Translations under genes and position numbers: made by a program | The notes under the pieces: generated by a model | Database searches by the model: none | Seen by the model: the letters and a program-made list of their open reading frames with translations, nothing else | What the model was told of the DNA's origin: nothing | Origin: Bugula neritina | Taxonomy: Eukaryota > Animalia > Bryozoa | DNA: 64,000 bases | Reading direction: 5' to 3' | Assembly: GCA_964035545.1 (NCBI GenBank) | Contig: OZ037771.1 | Coordinates: 2,119,628-2,183,627 of the forward strand | In this document: piece by piece, positions 28,693 to 58,849 of the stretch | Numbering within the stretch: position 1 is the first letter of the stretch | Layout: every line of letters begins with the position of its first letter

Positions 28693-29549
28693 GTAAGAGT
28701 AAGACTATGAGACATGAGTATGAGATTAACTTTAAGTATGAGCATGACTATCAGATTCAATATGAATATCACTATCACTAATTGAATAATATTATGGCTA
28801 TGTAACTCGTAATATTTGAAATCACGTGAAGTCCAAAAGTAGCTCTTGCTCTTAGAGTAAGTGTAAGTGTATCACTATCAGTATGAGTATCAGTATGAGT
28901 ATGAATTGTCATTGGCGGTTGGCCTTGGGACTAAATGTCAAACTTAATGTTGCATTGAGTGTGACTAACACTATGACTATGTATTGGTATAACTTATGTT
29001 TGTAATAAGAATAATAAATCATGACATTAATTTTAACTATATTGTCGTACTCATTGTGATACAGTCATTTAATTTTAGTAATTTAGTTTTTGTCTAATTT
29101 TATTCATTTTAATCGTATATATTAAATTTAATTCATAGTTTTTTAGTATTATAAATACACTTATGCCTATAGTTCATACTGTTACTATTGTATTAACATA
29201 TGTTGTGGTAACAATCTTGTTAGACCATCAAATTAATGCGAACAGTGTGCTTTTTACCTGGTGCGCTCATAAAGTTTTAAGAATTTTCTCACACCGAATT
29301 TGAAATTTTTAAGTGAATGTTTTGATTAAAATGAATACACTTTCTTTTCTAATAATATCGATGTCAATATGTTTTGTCATTAAAATCATTTTGTGCAACG
29401 TTATTTTACATTTTTACAGGTTCAAAATCAGAACAAAATCATTGCACTAAACTCACAACAATAACTATATATAACAAATGTTAAATCATATTTTCAACTT
29501 ATACTATTCGCTTAGTTTTACAGGTCTCGCTCTAGAGTTATAAAGGAAT

Positions 29550-37535
<7,986 letters not shown>

Positions 37536-39030
37536 TTAGTCATGTGACAGTCACATTACCGCTACTAAAGACACGAAGTATCGTCTATAGGTTGTGTATT
37601 TTATAGGATGTTTCGAACAAGACAAGTGTTTAGATGGTTTTACTACGTTTTATCTGATTTTTCGGTTGTGTAGTTTGGTAATTTTGAAAGTTATGCCAAG
37701 TAAAGATATTTACTACTCTGCAAGTGTATGTTTCAACAGTTAAATGAGTGTTATTGTTACTGTTTTAATGAATATACTATTTGGTTTTTTACGTAATGGG
37801 CTTTGGATGTTTTACTAATCATTAGTACTTTTTGCAAATTCTTCATTTAATAGAATGTTTTTAGCAAGTACAATATTATTACTGTCTATTGCTTTTACAT
37901 TGTTTAATGTAATATTATGGTACTTTATGATCATTTTGATACTATTTTTACTAAAAGTCTATTCTCTATTTTACATACTCTAATTCTCAGCATTTCCCTA
38001 TGTTATTTTATATACAATATAAATATATTAATGAATTTAAGCAATATATTAATAAATTCAATCTACATGCTTTTGGTTGTCGATCCTTTATAAAGTTGTC
38101 TTAGTTTTCTTGTAATGCTTACAAAAATCAAATCATTTGAATGCAACAAAAATATTGTGAATCATTCTCCTAATCTAAATCAAATCCTCTATTAAGACAA
38201 TATTTCCTATAATATATTTGTGTATGTCGAAAATAATATGTTTCAAAGAAATTGGTGAAGGCAGAATGCACAGTAACAATCTACAAAGTGACTAACACCA
38301 CATCAACTCCTTTATTGAGACAATGTCTTGGAGATACATATATATAATTTTCAGCATATTCTATCTTTTATAAAACTGCTTGTTCAACAGCAAGTTTGCC
38401 TTCGGTATGCAAAAAAAATAGTTTCTATGCAGCTGGTAAAAATAAATCACGGCATGGTGCAACGCTAGTAATTTGATTTTACTGCAGCAGCTGATCAATT
38501 AAAACATGCAGTTCTATCTGATGTTCACGTACACCATTGAGCCTCTCTACTCTAAAATAGGAAATTATGAATATAATTTATTTATAGGTTGTGATTTGAT
38601 TATAGTATAATAAATCCAGCTATCATTCAAGGTTGAACTTGATAATTAAGTTATATAACAGAAAACACATTATTCATTAGTTATTTGGAAGTATCTTCAT
38701 TGTAAAGTTATCCTCTCGATAATTTAGCTAGAGAAGTTATTGCAAAGCCGTCTAGGTATAATAATAATGGTTTTAGCTGAGTCTACGCCGAGTACTGAGA
38801 GGGTACACTAGGCCCCCAACGAATGTTATTCCTAGCAACTACCATTCATACATCGAGTCCAGTTGATCCAAGTGCACTCATCATATTAAGAATTTTATTA
38901 CATTTAATATTTGAATAATATTAATATATTCATCAAATTTTATAGAAAGATTGTAAGAATATTTTGCAATTAATAGTATATACTTCATAACGTTCAATAT
39001 ATATTAATATTTTGTTTCTAGTCAGTAGTC

Positions 39031-40442
39031 ATGGCTTTCTCGGGTGCTTTGAAAGCAAATTTCTTTCAATGTCTGAGGGTGAGTTACACTTACAGTTACA
39101 CTTACTCATACTGTTAATGTTAGTGTCACTTACAATTGCATTTACTGACTTAGTCTTGCAATCATATTTATTGTGATTGTGATTGTCTTAGACTTATGCT
39201 TAGAATGGCTGTGACATTTCAAGATATTAGTGTACCTAGTACGACTACTGTTATCACAATCATTGAGTTTGACAATCGTTATCGTAGTCATACTCATAGT
39301 CATACTCATAGTGATAGTCAGATTGAGATAGTGATAATGATAGTGATAGTGATACTCATATGAATATCAATATGATTATCATATTCATAATCATAATGAT
39401 AATCATCATGATTATGACAAGGTAAGGCTTTTAGTGTTAGATTAGACGTACGTTTTACATTTACACTGAAAACAATATGAATATGAATATTAAAAAACAA
39501 ATCATAGCTAAACTGTCACTGAAACATCTATAATATTAATGCTTAAATTGGAGATACCACGTGACAGATGCATGCCAGCCATCACTTGCTCACAATTATT
39601 CTAGTCCTCTAGTGCTTATCATTGTGATTAGATTATGAGCTTGAGTGAAACCTTGTGCTCTAAGAGAAAAATTAAGTCTATAATAAATATGTTTTTATTT
39701 ATATATTACTGACTGTGATTATCACTAATGTATAACATTTAATCAAATATTAGTTTTAGATGGACTTATTTACAATAATACTAACAGTGAGCCTATCAAT
39801 GAGTTGTCCATATTAACTCTGATATTTGTAATTGTTCTACTTGAACTTATAACGTCATTGTTAATATTTATATTGGGTATTTATTTCTGTTATTATGTTG
39901 ATGCTTTTAGTTATCTTCAGATAAAGTTACTAGAAGAAGTTTTCAGACAGCCTCATCACTTAACCTGGTAGGCTGAATGCTCTTAAATGAATTTCTTCTC
40001 AACATGAATACTATTATTTGTGCTATAATTTAGTGTTTGTGAATTTTTGTGAATTTCTCATCCAAATTATTATTCTATATAATTTTGACACCCTATAAAG
40101 GAGCATCTACTCTAAGCTAATTTATTTTTTCGTATCAACTTTCAATGTAATGTTTTATGTCAGTTTTTCTTTCTAGCCTAAACAAATTTAATTCCCATAA
40201 TGTTTTTGCCTCTGTTGCTACATGTAAAGCTTGCAATCACTTTGTATTTTAGATAAATTCAACTAAGGTAGGATAGTCTTATGTTGTTGTCCTTTGTATT
40301 TTGCCTGTCTACTAATCTAAGCTTGAGATATAAATGTGGGTGTTAATGAAACTTTGGCTATTTGGATTTAGCATGGGGTTTGGGGATTCTTGAAGTTTAG
40401 CACACTAGATACAGAGTTAATTTTAAATTTGAATTTTTAGTT

Positions 40443-40499
<57 letters not shown>

Positions 40500-43400
40500 T
40501 TATTGTGTATGTTCTACTATTTTGCATGAATTACTCTACTAATTTGAGTAGTGCTCAGATATTTTCAATTGCATGAAATTATTATGACTTTTTACAACCT
40601 GCCTGTGCTGTTGACTGTTTTGTTGATGGAATTTTCCAACAAAACTAAATTTTTATTTTTGAAACGATATCTAGAAAGGAGCGCAATTCCCACTGAGTTT
40701 TGAAATTCAAGTGTTTTCTATAAAAACAAATTACCAATCCTTTGTTTTAGATTTTCAGTGGTGTGCAGCTTGCTAACACACTTGCCCTGCTTTTTTCTCA
40801 TATATAAGTGACCTTGCTTAACTAAATAAATACAAAGTGTTTTATTTATTCATATGTAATACTGTCCAAGGTTGTCGATAAAGTACTATGACTGCATTGA
40901 GTTTTACGATGCATTCAGCCCACATTGTTTCATGCAGTCGTTTTTCTTTCATCTATTAGATGTCTGCGAATATTGAACTGGTATGTATGCATTGATATCT
41001 TCACATAATCCTCCCTCTACTTTGTAACAACATTGTAACACATGGTCATAGAAACACTTGCTCAGCTAACAAGACTATGGTAGCTGTGTTGGTTGTACTC
41101 TAAATATCAAAACAGTTCTGGGACAACTCCAACTCTAACTCTTGCCCTGCTATGAAAAGAGGTTTAGTTATTGATATCATTTTATGTTCTGAATAAGATG
41201 TGTGTATATGTTGTTTTGTGTTTGATGCTTCTATCATTTATATCTACACACACGTTATTAGGGGATTGCTCATCATCTCATTTATATTCCTTTTGCTGGT
41301 TTGTTTTTCCAGCATGACAGAACGTTGAGTTGACTTTTATTTAAATTATAATCATTTGTTATTTATTTAGTTATGTTTCATGCTCTAGACTCATTGTGTT
41401 TATGGCTGAGTTACATTCAATATTTGTTGGGAGTTGTGATACTTATTTTATATATATTTAGAAACATCGGTACGTATACATTACCAAAATGTATCTCAAT
41501 TATATACTTTTAATACAACATACAGTCATTGTTTAGTGGTGAATGGTGCTTATCCAACATTAGATGGATCTGGATCTCAGCAGGGTTTATATAATATTCT
41601 GCAACTGTATAAGTTTGTTCACACAAAAACAATTATCACGGGCTAATCTTTATCAATATATCAAAAATAGATATTCAATTCTGAGTAAGATTTATCTGAA
41701 TTGATTCAAGTTAAGTTTCATTCTAATTAACTGCTCTCTTATTGGTTAACTTTATGTATCAACTTGCATAGACACTTACTTGAATGTTCAATGTTTTCAC
41801 TCTCACTGCAGTTGATGCTGTTTAATAATATACAAAGATTGGACAGTTGGGGTGTGCATCAGTTGCAAAACACTCATGAAAGTGAGAATTTAAAGTACAT
41901 GCAAACTTTGTGTATACTTGTAGTTTATTAAGTAAGCAATAAAAAACTACATGTGTGAAATTGTTCAAATGTTTATTTGTTTTACACATAGAAACATGGT
42001 CCTAGTCCAGTCTCGCATCCAGTAGGTAAACAAGTAGTCACTATGATTCCTGGTGATGGGGTGTGGCCAGAACTCATGCACAGTGTCAAGGATGTCTGCA
42101 AACAGGCCGGTGTACCGGTTGTTTTTGATGAGAAGTATATCAGGTATTTTATAAAGTGATTAGTTTCCTTAACACTTATCCCTTGCCGGTCTGAGCCTCA
42201 CGTTCACAGTTGATTGGTTTAGATGACTCTGTAACTATTAGTCTAAATGTTGTGTCCTGAACACAGCGAAAATATGCATTTACACGTTGTTTTTCTGATT
42301 CATTTTAATTTCAGACGTTTGTGCGAATAATTTTTTTTGGTTTTATGAATGCGCTTGGTTTTCTTCAAATTACTTTACTTGCTTGTTGGTCTAAGTTTGA
42401 ATAGGCCAGTTTACCTTTTCATTTTCTTGAGTTTGTGGAATGTCCTACTATTGAAATACACATGCTGTTAGAACACACCAGCAACTACCTGCAACTAAAC
42501 ACCTGGTAGGTTTTAACATCTGGTGGATATTCTAACAACCGGTAGGTTCTAACATCTGGTGGATATTTCATGTTTCAGCGAGATTCAGCCCCAACAAAAT
42601 TGCTCTTTAGAAGAGTTTGTAGATGCAGTCACCAAATCCACCGTATGTATTAAAGGCATTCTTCAAACACCGACTGGGAAAGGAAATACTAGTGAATTAG
42701 AGTCACTGAACATGGCTATGAGGTTTGTAAGCCAGCTCCTAATTGGTCAGTTTTAATTTTTAACTGTTTAAAGCTAGAAATTTACACTTCTATGACAACA
42801 TTTGTTTGCCGGGTTTCACTGTTAGATTATAATTCCATTACAGCGATTGTTTAATGCATCCACTTGATGCATTTCTTGTTTTAGAAAAATGTTAGATCTG
42901 TATGCTAATGTAGTCTTAGTGAAAAGTCTACCTGGCCTGAAGACCAGACATAAAAACATAGACATAGTAGTTATCAGAGAGCAAACTGAAGGAGAATACA
43001 GGTAATTGTATTTATTCTTCATGTCTATTGCTGAGTTCTACTGTACATGTTGCCCATTAGCAAAATAATGTTTCTCATTCGAATTTCAATTCTGTTGCTA
43101 TCCACAAGTTTTACAGCTGGTAATTTTTTTTAAAGTATTTTGAACTCATTTAATGTTGCTGCCTCAAAAACACTGTAACATGAAATTCCAAACAAACCAA
43201 ATTGAAAAGCTTATTTATATTCTTTTTTTTAAAATTGCTTTTTTGAGAAAAATAAATGTTGGCAATTGCTTTGACTAGTTCACAAAGTACTGTATTGTGT
43301 GTTGACGTCATGTGAATGTGTTTAGCTCGTTGGAACACGAAAGCGTAGCCGGTGTGGTGGAAAGTCTCAAGATAATAACAGCAGCAAAGTCAAAACGAGT

Positions 43401-44647
43401 TGCGAAGTTTGCCTTTGATTACGCGACGAAACATGGCAGGAAGAAAGTGACAGCTATTCACAAAGCCAACATCATGTACGTCTGTATAGTCAGAGTGTTC
43501 TTGTTTCTCTGTGTCTCATCTCTATGTATGCAGGTGACTGAAAGCAGTGAAAATGCTGTAGAAACTAAGTTTTCAGCTTTATTCAACGCTGACTAACCAT
43601 CAGCAGAAGTCTTGTACAAGTTTTATCACACAAAATAAAACATCTAAAGGGTATCATTTTTTTAGAATCATTTGTAATAATATTTCTTCCATTTTTTCAC
43701 AATTAGGTTTCTTCAGCTGTTTGTAGAGTGTTAGTGTTGAGTGCTAGCAACTTGAGTGGAAGCACTCATCTTTATTCTCTAATAGTTTTTGCTTTAAGGA
43801 ATATCATTGATACACGAAACCTCTTTGATGTGTAGTTTTGTATGAAAAATGATAAGAATATGCTGACATTTGCTTTTTGTTTGTCAGTTTGTTGTAGCGC
43901 CATATGCATTTGTCAGTGAGTTTTATTTCTCACCAATTGACTTCTGGGTTCCAGGAAACTGGCTGATGGGTTATTCCTGGAGAGTTGTAAGGAAGTGGCT
44001 AAAATGTATCCTCTGATAGAATTTGACGACATGATTATAGACAATACTTGTATGCAGGTTTGTGTCTCCTATATCATAACAGCGGCAGCAATAGCATTGG
44101 CAGCAGCAGCAGTAATAGTAGTAGTACTAGTAGTAATAGTACTAGTAATAATAGTACTAGTAGTGCTAATAGTAGTAGTAGTGCTAATAGTAGTAGTAGT
44201 GGCAGCAGTATTTGGCATATTAGGTTCATGTTTTTTACAATATGTTTAGTTTGCAATATAAGTTATTTACTTGGATGCAGTGAGGATGGGTATCACTTTA
44301 ATCCAAAAGCTGTTTTACCTTCAATTTCTAGTTTTCCAGAAACAAGATTACAAATCCTCAATACTCAAAGTAACAGTTTATGTATTATTTCATACTTTTA
44401 TAAGTTTACACGGGAGTTGTCATCTTTATTCACACCTAGTCAGTTGTATACACAGCACCTGCTACCAGCTAATAGTTCGCTTTTCTCTCCTCACAGCTGG
44501 TCTCCAATCCCTATCAGTTTGACGTGATGGTGATGCCTAACCTATACGGCAGCATAATAGACAACCTGGCAGCTGGACTGGTGGGCGGGGCCGGAGTAGT
44601 GCCGGGAGAGAGTTATAGCTCCGGAGTTGCCATATTTGAGCCAGTAA

Positions 44648-44701
<54 letters not shown>

Positions 44702-45721
44702 ACTTACTCTTAGAGCTCTTGCTAAGTCAATGGCTGATTGCCTCGGAAACTGGTTTGTGACTCCAACTGACAAAAGTAGTGATTAGTTGAGATTCACACC
44801 TCACTCTTCAGTTTTGCCAAGTTCATGTGATTACTACAAATCAGACGAGAAGCATTTTGATTATGTATAATAATTTCCTCGCCATTTCCTTTTAGCTGTA
44901 CATCTGCGTAGCTAGGTGGCTGCACACACAGGGCTTTATATCTGAATGATTTGAATATGAGTTGCTATAGTATTTATGTTCATCAGTTACAGTAGCTGCG
45001 TATATTGATGATGATTCTATCAAGACTGGTTTCAGTGGTTTTATTAACAGCCTGAAAGCTGAGTCGCGTGTCTTTTTTGCTGATTAGTCTGAGATAGCGC
45101 GCTAATTTTATTTGTGGGCAGCCAATATTTTCCCCTTGCACATAGTTTTTAAAACTTTCAGAATCCAAACCAAACACTTTTACCCTGACAATGTTTCTAT
45201 ATTTTGTTTGCTTGTTAGCATAAGTATTGGGCAAATGTTGTTTTTTTACGGTTTTAGGGGGCGCGTCACTCATTTGCAGAGGCCCAAGGTAAGAACATAG
45301 CTAACCCGACAGCTATTCTGCTCTGCGCTGCCAATATGCTGAAACACATGAATCTCGAGCGGTATGGCAACAGGATAGAGTCAGCAGTATATAAAGTTAT
45401 CAAAACCGGGAAGGTGGGTCATATTCAGTAAAGTGTTTAGACTGAGTTGAAGCCATTCAAGTCACTGAATTCAAACTTCCTTATAGTTATAGTTCAATGG
45501 TTTAAACCATTTGCATCTATACAATTTCTCTTCTTTGTTTAACTTCGTTGAACATTAAATGAAAATAAAGAGAAAGTCAAGTGTTAGAGTTATCTTTCTT
45601 TATCAGAAATGATTTTCCAATTTGGTAATTCAGTGTTTCCCCTTGACAGGTTCGGACACAGGATATGGGGGGATACGCCACCACTAATGAATTCACTAAT
45701 GCTGTATGCAAGGTTTTGTAG
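39031..45721 (+). CDS. IDH3B: NAD-dependent isocitrate dehydrogenase subunit beta, mitochondrial
   Basis: Exons 39031-39078 and 39911-39967 (presequence-like, RRSFQTAS), 41992-42143, 42579-42722, 42885-43001, 43326-43475, 43955-44057, 44497-44643, 45258-45413, 45650-45721. Beta-type motifs: [62 protein letters not shown]. Confidence 0.95.
40445..40495. repeat. (TA)n microsatellite
   Basis: Direct reading. Confidence 0.98.
44078..44210. repeat. (AGT/AGC/AAT)n compound trinucleotide repeat in an IDH3B intron
   Basis: Direct reading; same type as 21370-21620. Confidence 0.9.
44648..44701. repeat. (GTCT)n microsatellite abutting a splice donor
   Basis: Direct reading: GTAAGTCTGTCTG... Confidence 0.98.
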
Positions 45722-46601
45722 GAAATACTTAGGTGTGTACAATGCTGTTAGCCCAAACAATTGTCATTTATTTTATTTATTTTGACTTCAATGTGCAACT
45801 GTTTTAATATGCATACTATTGAATATTTTCGAACTATTTCACACACCCGACTATTTTTGATTGTTTTTTGAGTGACGCTTGCATGTTTGTTAGTCACATG
45901 TCTTTATCTTATTGTATTTGTCTGAACTTTATTTTGTTATTGTGTTGAAAAAATAAAGCCAAAATATATGAATAATAACACTCGGAACATATAAAATTTT
46001 CCATGTTTTATAACTTGTGTAGATTAACTGCTTTTTTAGAGTAATTCGTGAATTTCATCAAGCTGCTGCTCTACTAGTATTTCTAAGCTGTCCTTTAGTA
46101 TAGATGGCAGTTCACTTTCATCCGCTGTGTAAATATTTAGTGCATAAAACTTTACCTGTCAGATTATATAACTTTCATTTGAGCTGCTGCATGCTTTTAC
46201 TCATTAGATAGTCAGCAATACTACTGAAGTATTGTTATACAGTTTGTTGATTCTAAAGATTATGGGTAGTTAGCAGTGAATTGTATTCCACTCAAGAGGC
46301 CTTACATATGTTGAAAATAGTAGTTTGAAATATTTTTAAAAGGTCGCTACTTATAGTATATTGTAATATTTCTAAATGAAACCATTTGCTTGTTTAAACA
46401 GAAATAAAGGCATGAATAACCAATTATGTATTGTTCAATTTCTTTCTTTCAATTTGTAATACATTATATGGTAGTGCTTGTATAGTGTTGTATTTGCGTA
46501 AAAGATATAGCAATAGACTGAAGAAGGAAGTTGGGAGTTATACCTGTGTGGTATTACTAGTGTGACAGTTCAGTACTCCTTGTTGCTGTATTTTATGTAA
46601 A

Positions 46602-55462
<8,861 letters not shown>

Positions 55463-56789
55463 CATTCTTTAGTGCATTTATCTGAAGTAGCCTCAGTTGT
55501 TTAATTTTCTTCAAAATTTTGGTTTGTGGCGCAGGTTGGATTTTTTCTGCAAAAGCATATTTTTAATCAATAACATGGGATTTTTCTCAATTTCTACGCT
55601 TACTTCCTTCAGCATCGAAATAACTAGAATGCTTTGAATATAATAATATATATGTGTGTGTGTGTGTGGTCCTGTTAGATATCTGCAAAATACTTTTTAT
55701 TATAATATATTATTTTTAACTGCAGAAAAACGTAATCAGAATGGGTTACATTGAAATGAGTGAATGACTATTACTATATTATAAATTATAGTGACTAATA
55801 TGCTCCCTAACCATAATACTGTTATAAGAAAGTTGAGAAGTTGCCCTTGATTGGGGTTTATAATTGATTGCAATATAATTATACTTGATATAGTTTAACT
55901 TTATTTCTAAATTACGTACATAGGGTAATAGTTTTGTGTTGCGTTTAGTCTTGAAATAAAAATAAATTATAATAAAATGCTACTGCATAATTAATGCATA
56001 AAAGCATTAAAAAAGTTCAATGTGGTAGCTGTTTTCATTTATAGTAAGAATGTTGAAAAAAAATACTTCACAGGCTACACATCAATAATATACTAGTAAT
56101 TTTTTGCCTCATGCTACAATTATAAAACTAACAAATATTTTTTTATTTCAATATCAGAGAGCGCAGCTTTAATCTGCAATTTCTTACATACACGCACTTA
56201 TTAATTGCTGTTACAACTACTTTAGTATATCAAGTCAAACTAAGAAGCAAACTTCATGTTACTGGTGTTTTGTATTTCCAATAATTATAAATCAGAAATT
56301 TGTAGCAGAATCATTATTATAAAAGTAACAAGTAACAAACTTTGTCAAAAGAATTTTATCAGCATATTTCAGAGATGGACATTTTAGTTTTTCCACAACA
56401 GTTTATTGATTAAAAAGAAAAATAATTTAACTGATGACTTTTCCACAGATTTATTGGCCATTGGATCTTAAAAACAATTAATAATAGTAATTATTAAGAT
56501 TTCACATACATGATTATGTAACAATAACAAACTATATTATATATAAATGATGATGCAGCAAATAATATTAAACAACACCAAGCTTTGACATAAACCTTGT
56601 ATTATTTTTCATGAGTATGTTTTTGAAAAAAGTACTTTATTTTTAAGGCGTTTTATTTTAGATTGTGAACATTTTCAAAAAACAACACGCAAGAAACATC
56701 TGAACACAAAACAATATGAGGGACATTTTTATTAGATACTTTTTCTTGACTAAAGCTATTTCATAGTTGGTTTGTTATAAGACTGGGAG

Positions 56790-58849
56790 TTACGCCCCGT
56801 GTACCTCTATCTCATAAAAATTAAGTATGGTAGTTGCATTAAGCAGCATCTGAACAAATCTCCCTTTGATTGGTTGGTTGCACATGATGAGAGTATCAAA
56901 CTGATTCAGGATTCCATCATAGTAGTTACAGAGAACTTCTGGTTTGGATCCGTTGTACTCTATATCTTCTTCTCTCATGGCTACGGTAACCTCAGCATTC
57001 TTAGATCTGCTCCATACTTCCTGAGGATACTCATGCTAAAATATTGAAACTAAACTAAATGCTATGCTTATGCTATAAGTTCAAACTTTTGTATATTTTC
57101 ATGCTTTACTAGAAAGTTAAAACATTTAAGCATCTTAGTTTTATGTTTGTATTGTTACAGTTTTAAACAAATAAAAGCATGAAAGCTTCTCAAACAATAA
57201 AACTGATTTGAGGTTTTGATAAAAAATTGTTTTTAGAGATAACAGTACTCCAGACAAGTTTCAAAATTTGCTTGGTGAAAATAGGTTTTTTAAAGCTTTT
57301 ATTCTGCTAAATATAGTTTTATAAAGTAAGAAATTAGGTTTTATTTAAACCCAATTCAGCTGATGCAATAGCATTTCAAAATTGGTTATAATGATAAACA
57401 AAGTTTAACATGTTTACTTTTTCTATCAACTATTGGAAATCAAACTATGACATTCAACACCAAAATATTGTTGTTATCATACAAGGGTATTGCTTCTATG
57501 CTTTTTAGCACAAATTGTGGCCCATTGCAATTTCCATTAGGTATACATAGAATATATTATAACAGTGTACACCACTTTTGTATTCGCCAATGGTAAATAT
57601 AATAAATCTGATACAACATGTAAGTTGATTTGACAGCAATACTTACGGTATGTCTGTTGGTATAGCTCACTGCCCAAACACAATAATCGGCTTCTAAATC
57701 AACTCTCCACCATGGCCGGTTTTCTCGCAGGGTGTGAGCCATAGAGTACACGCTGTAATTTCCATCATTTCCAAAAAATGCTCTGAAGGTAATGCCATCA
57801 GAGATGTATAGCGATGATTGGGTGGATGGTTTGCCTACAAGTTCACTTTGTAGCTATAGCAACACCTTTTGCTTACATTGTAACCATAGATACAAATCTC
57901 ATTTACATTGTAACTAAAAGAACACATTTTGTTTGCATTGTAACTATAGTAACACATTTCATCAATATGTTAAAAGAAAGAGTTTAAGTATATTTCTATT
58001 GGCCCACCTCTTGCCAGAAGCTTACTAGCAGACTCGTTTAAATCTTCTCTGATGTACATATATGCTTCAGATCCTGCTTCATTGTACTCAGGAATTAGGG
58101 AGGGGTTGAGGCACGTCTCTAACAAGCATTCTTTAGACTGAGAGTTATACTGAGCACCATGGCAGCCACTTAGCTCAAAGCAACTGCAAGCACAGCGAAG
58201 CTCAGATTCACTGTGTTTTGTCCAACTATCAGCTGCTGAGAGTGTGTGGTTGAGAGGACGCCCCACTCTGGTGAAAGCTGATGTGTGAAATGCTCCGCTA
58301 ACACACTGTACCCATATAAGCAGTGCTGAAATAGATTTATTAATTAGGCAGTGATTCACAAAAATAGAAAACTGTTGCAATAAAATGAAATTTTGCTAGT
58401 AAAAAAGTTATGTAAAATGAATGGTTTTATATTTTATCATACAATATAATGCATATTGTATTATGTTATAATGAATTATATCATATTATAGTAGGCCTAT
58501 AATACGTTAAATGTTGTCTTATACTATATTATGATAGTACCAACATTATTTTTTATTATATTTCATCACACTATAGTATATTAAAAGCATATTGTATAAT
58601 GCAAATTAAATGCAACTTAAAAGCTAAAACAGCACATTTTGTCATCAAAAATTAATGACTGTTTTGTGTATATCATATTTAATATGAGTCTAATTTTTAA
58701 GCAAAAGCCTTTGCCAAATTTTTATTCATTCCAAACAGTTATACAATATGCAACTAAAACCTAATTGCTGCTGCTAGCCATTTTGGTGGTAACCGAATTT
58801 ATTGTTACTGAAATAGTTGGTACGAAAGATTCTCACCCAAGGAATTCAT
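56790..58849 (-). CDS. Secreted PAN/apple + F-type lectin (fucolectin-like) protein, paralogue A (4 exons)
   Basis: Exons 58849-58837 (MNSL), 58325-58008 (ELRCACSCFELSGCHGAQYNSQSKECLL, PAN), 57834-57647 (KPSTQSS...GNDG...AHT...PWWRVDL...NR), 57035-56790 (...CNQPIKGRFV...FYEIEVHGA*). Confidence 0.88.

Noticed and set aside
42503-42568. 36-bp tandem duplication before an IDH3B acceptor, and similar small repeats at 12945-13072, 20890-21065, 30165-30260 and 53790-53865
   Set aside because: These look like ordinary slippage repeats with no evident function.
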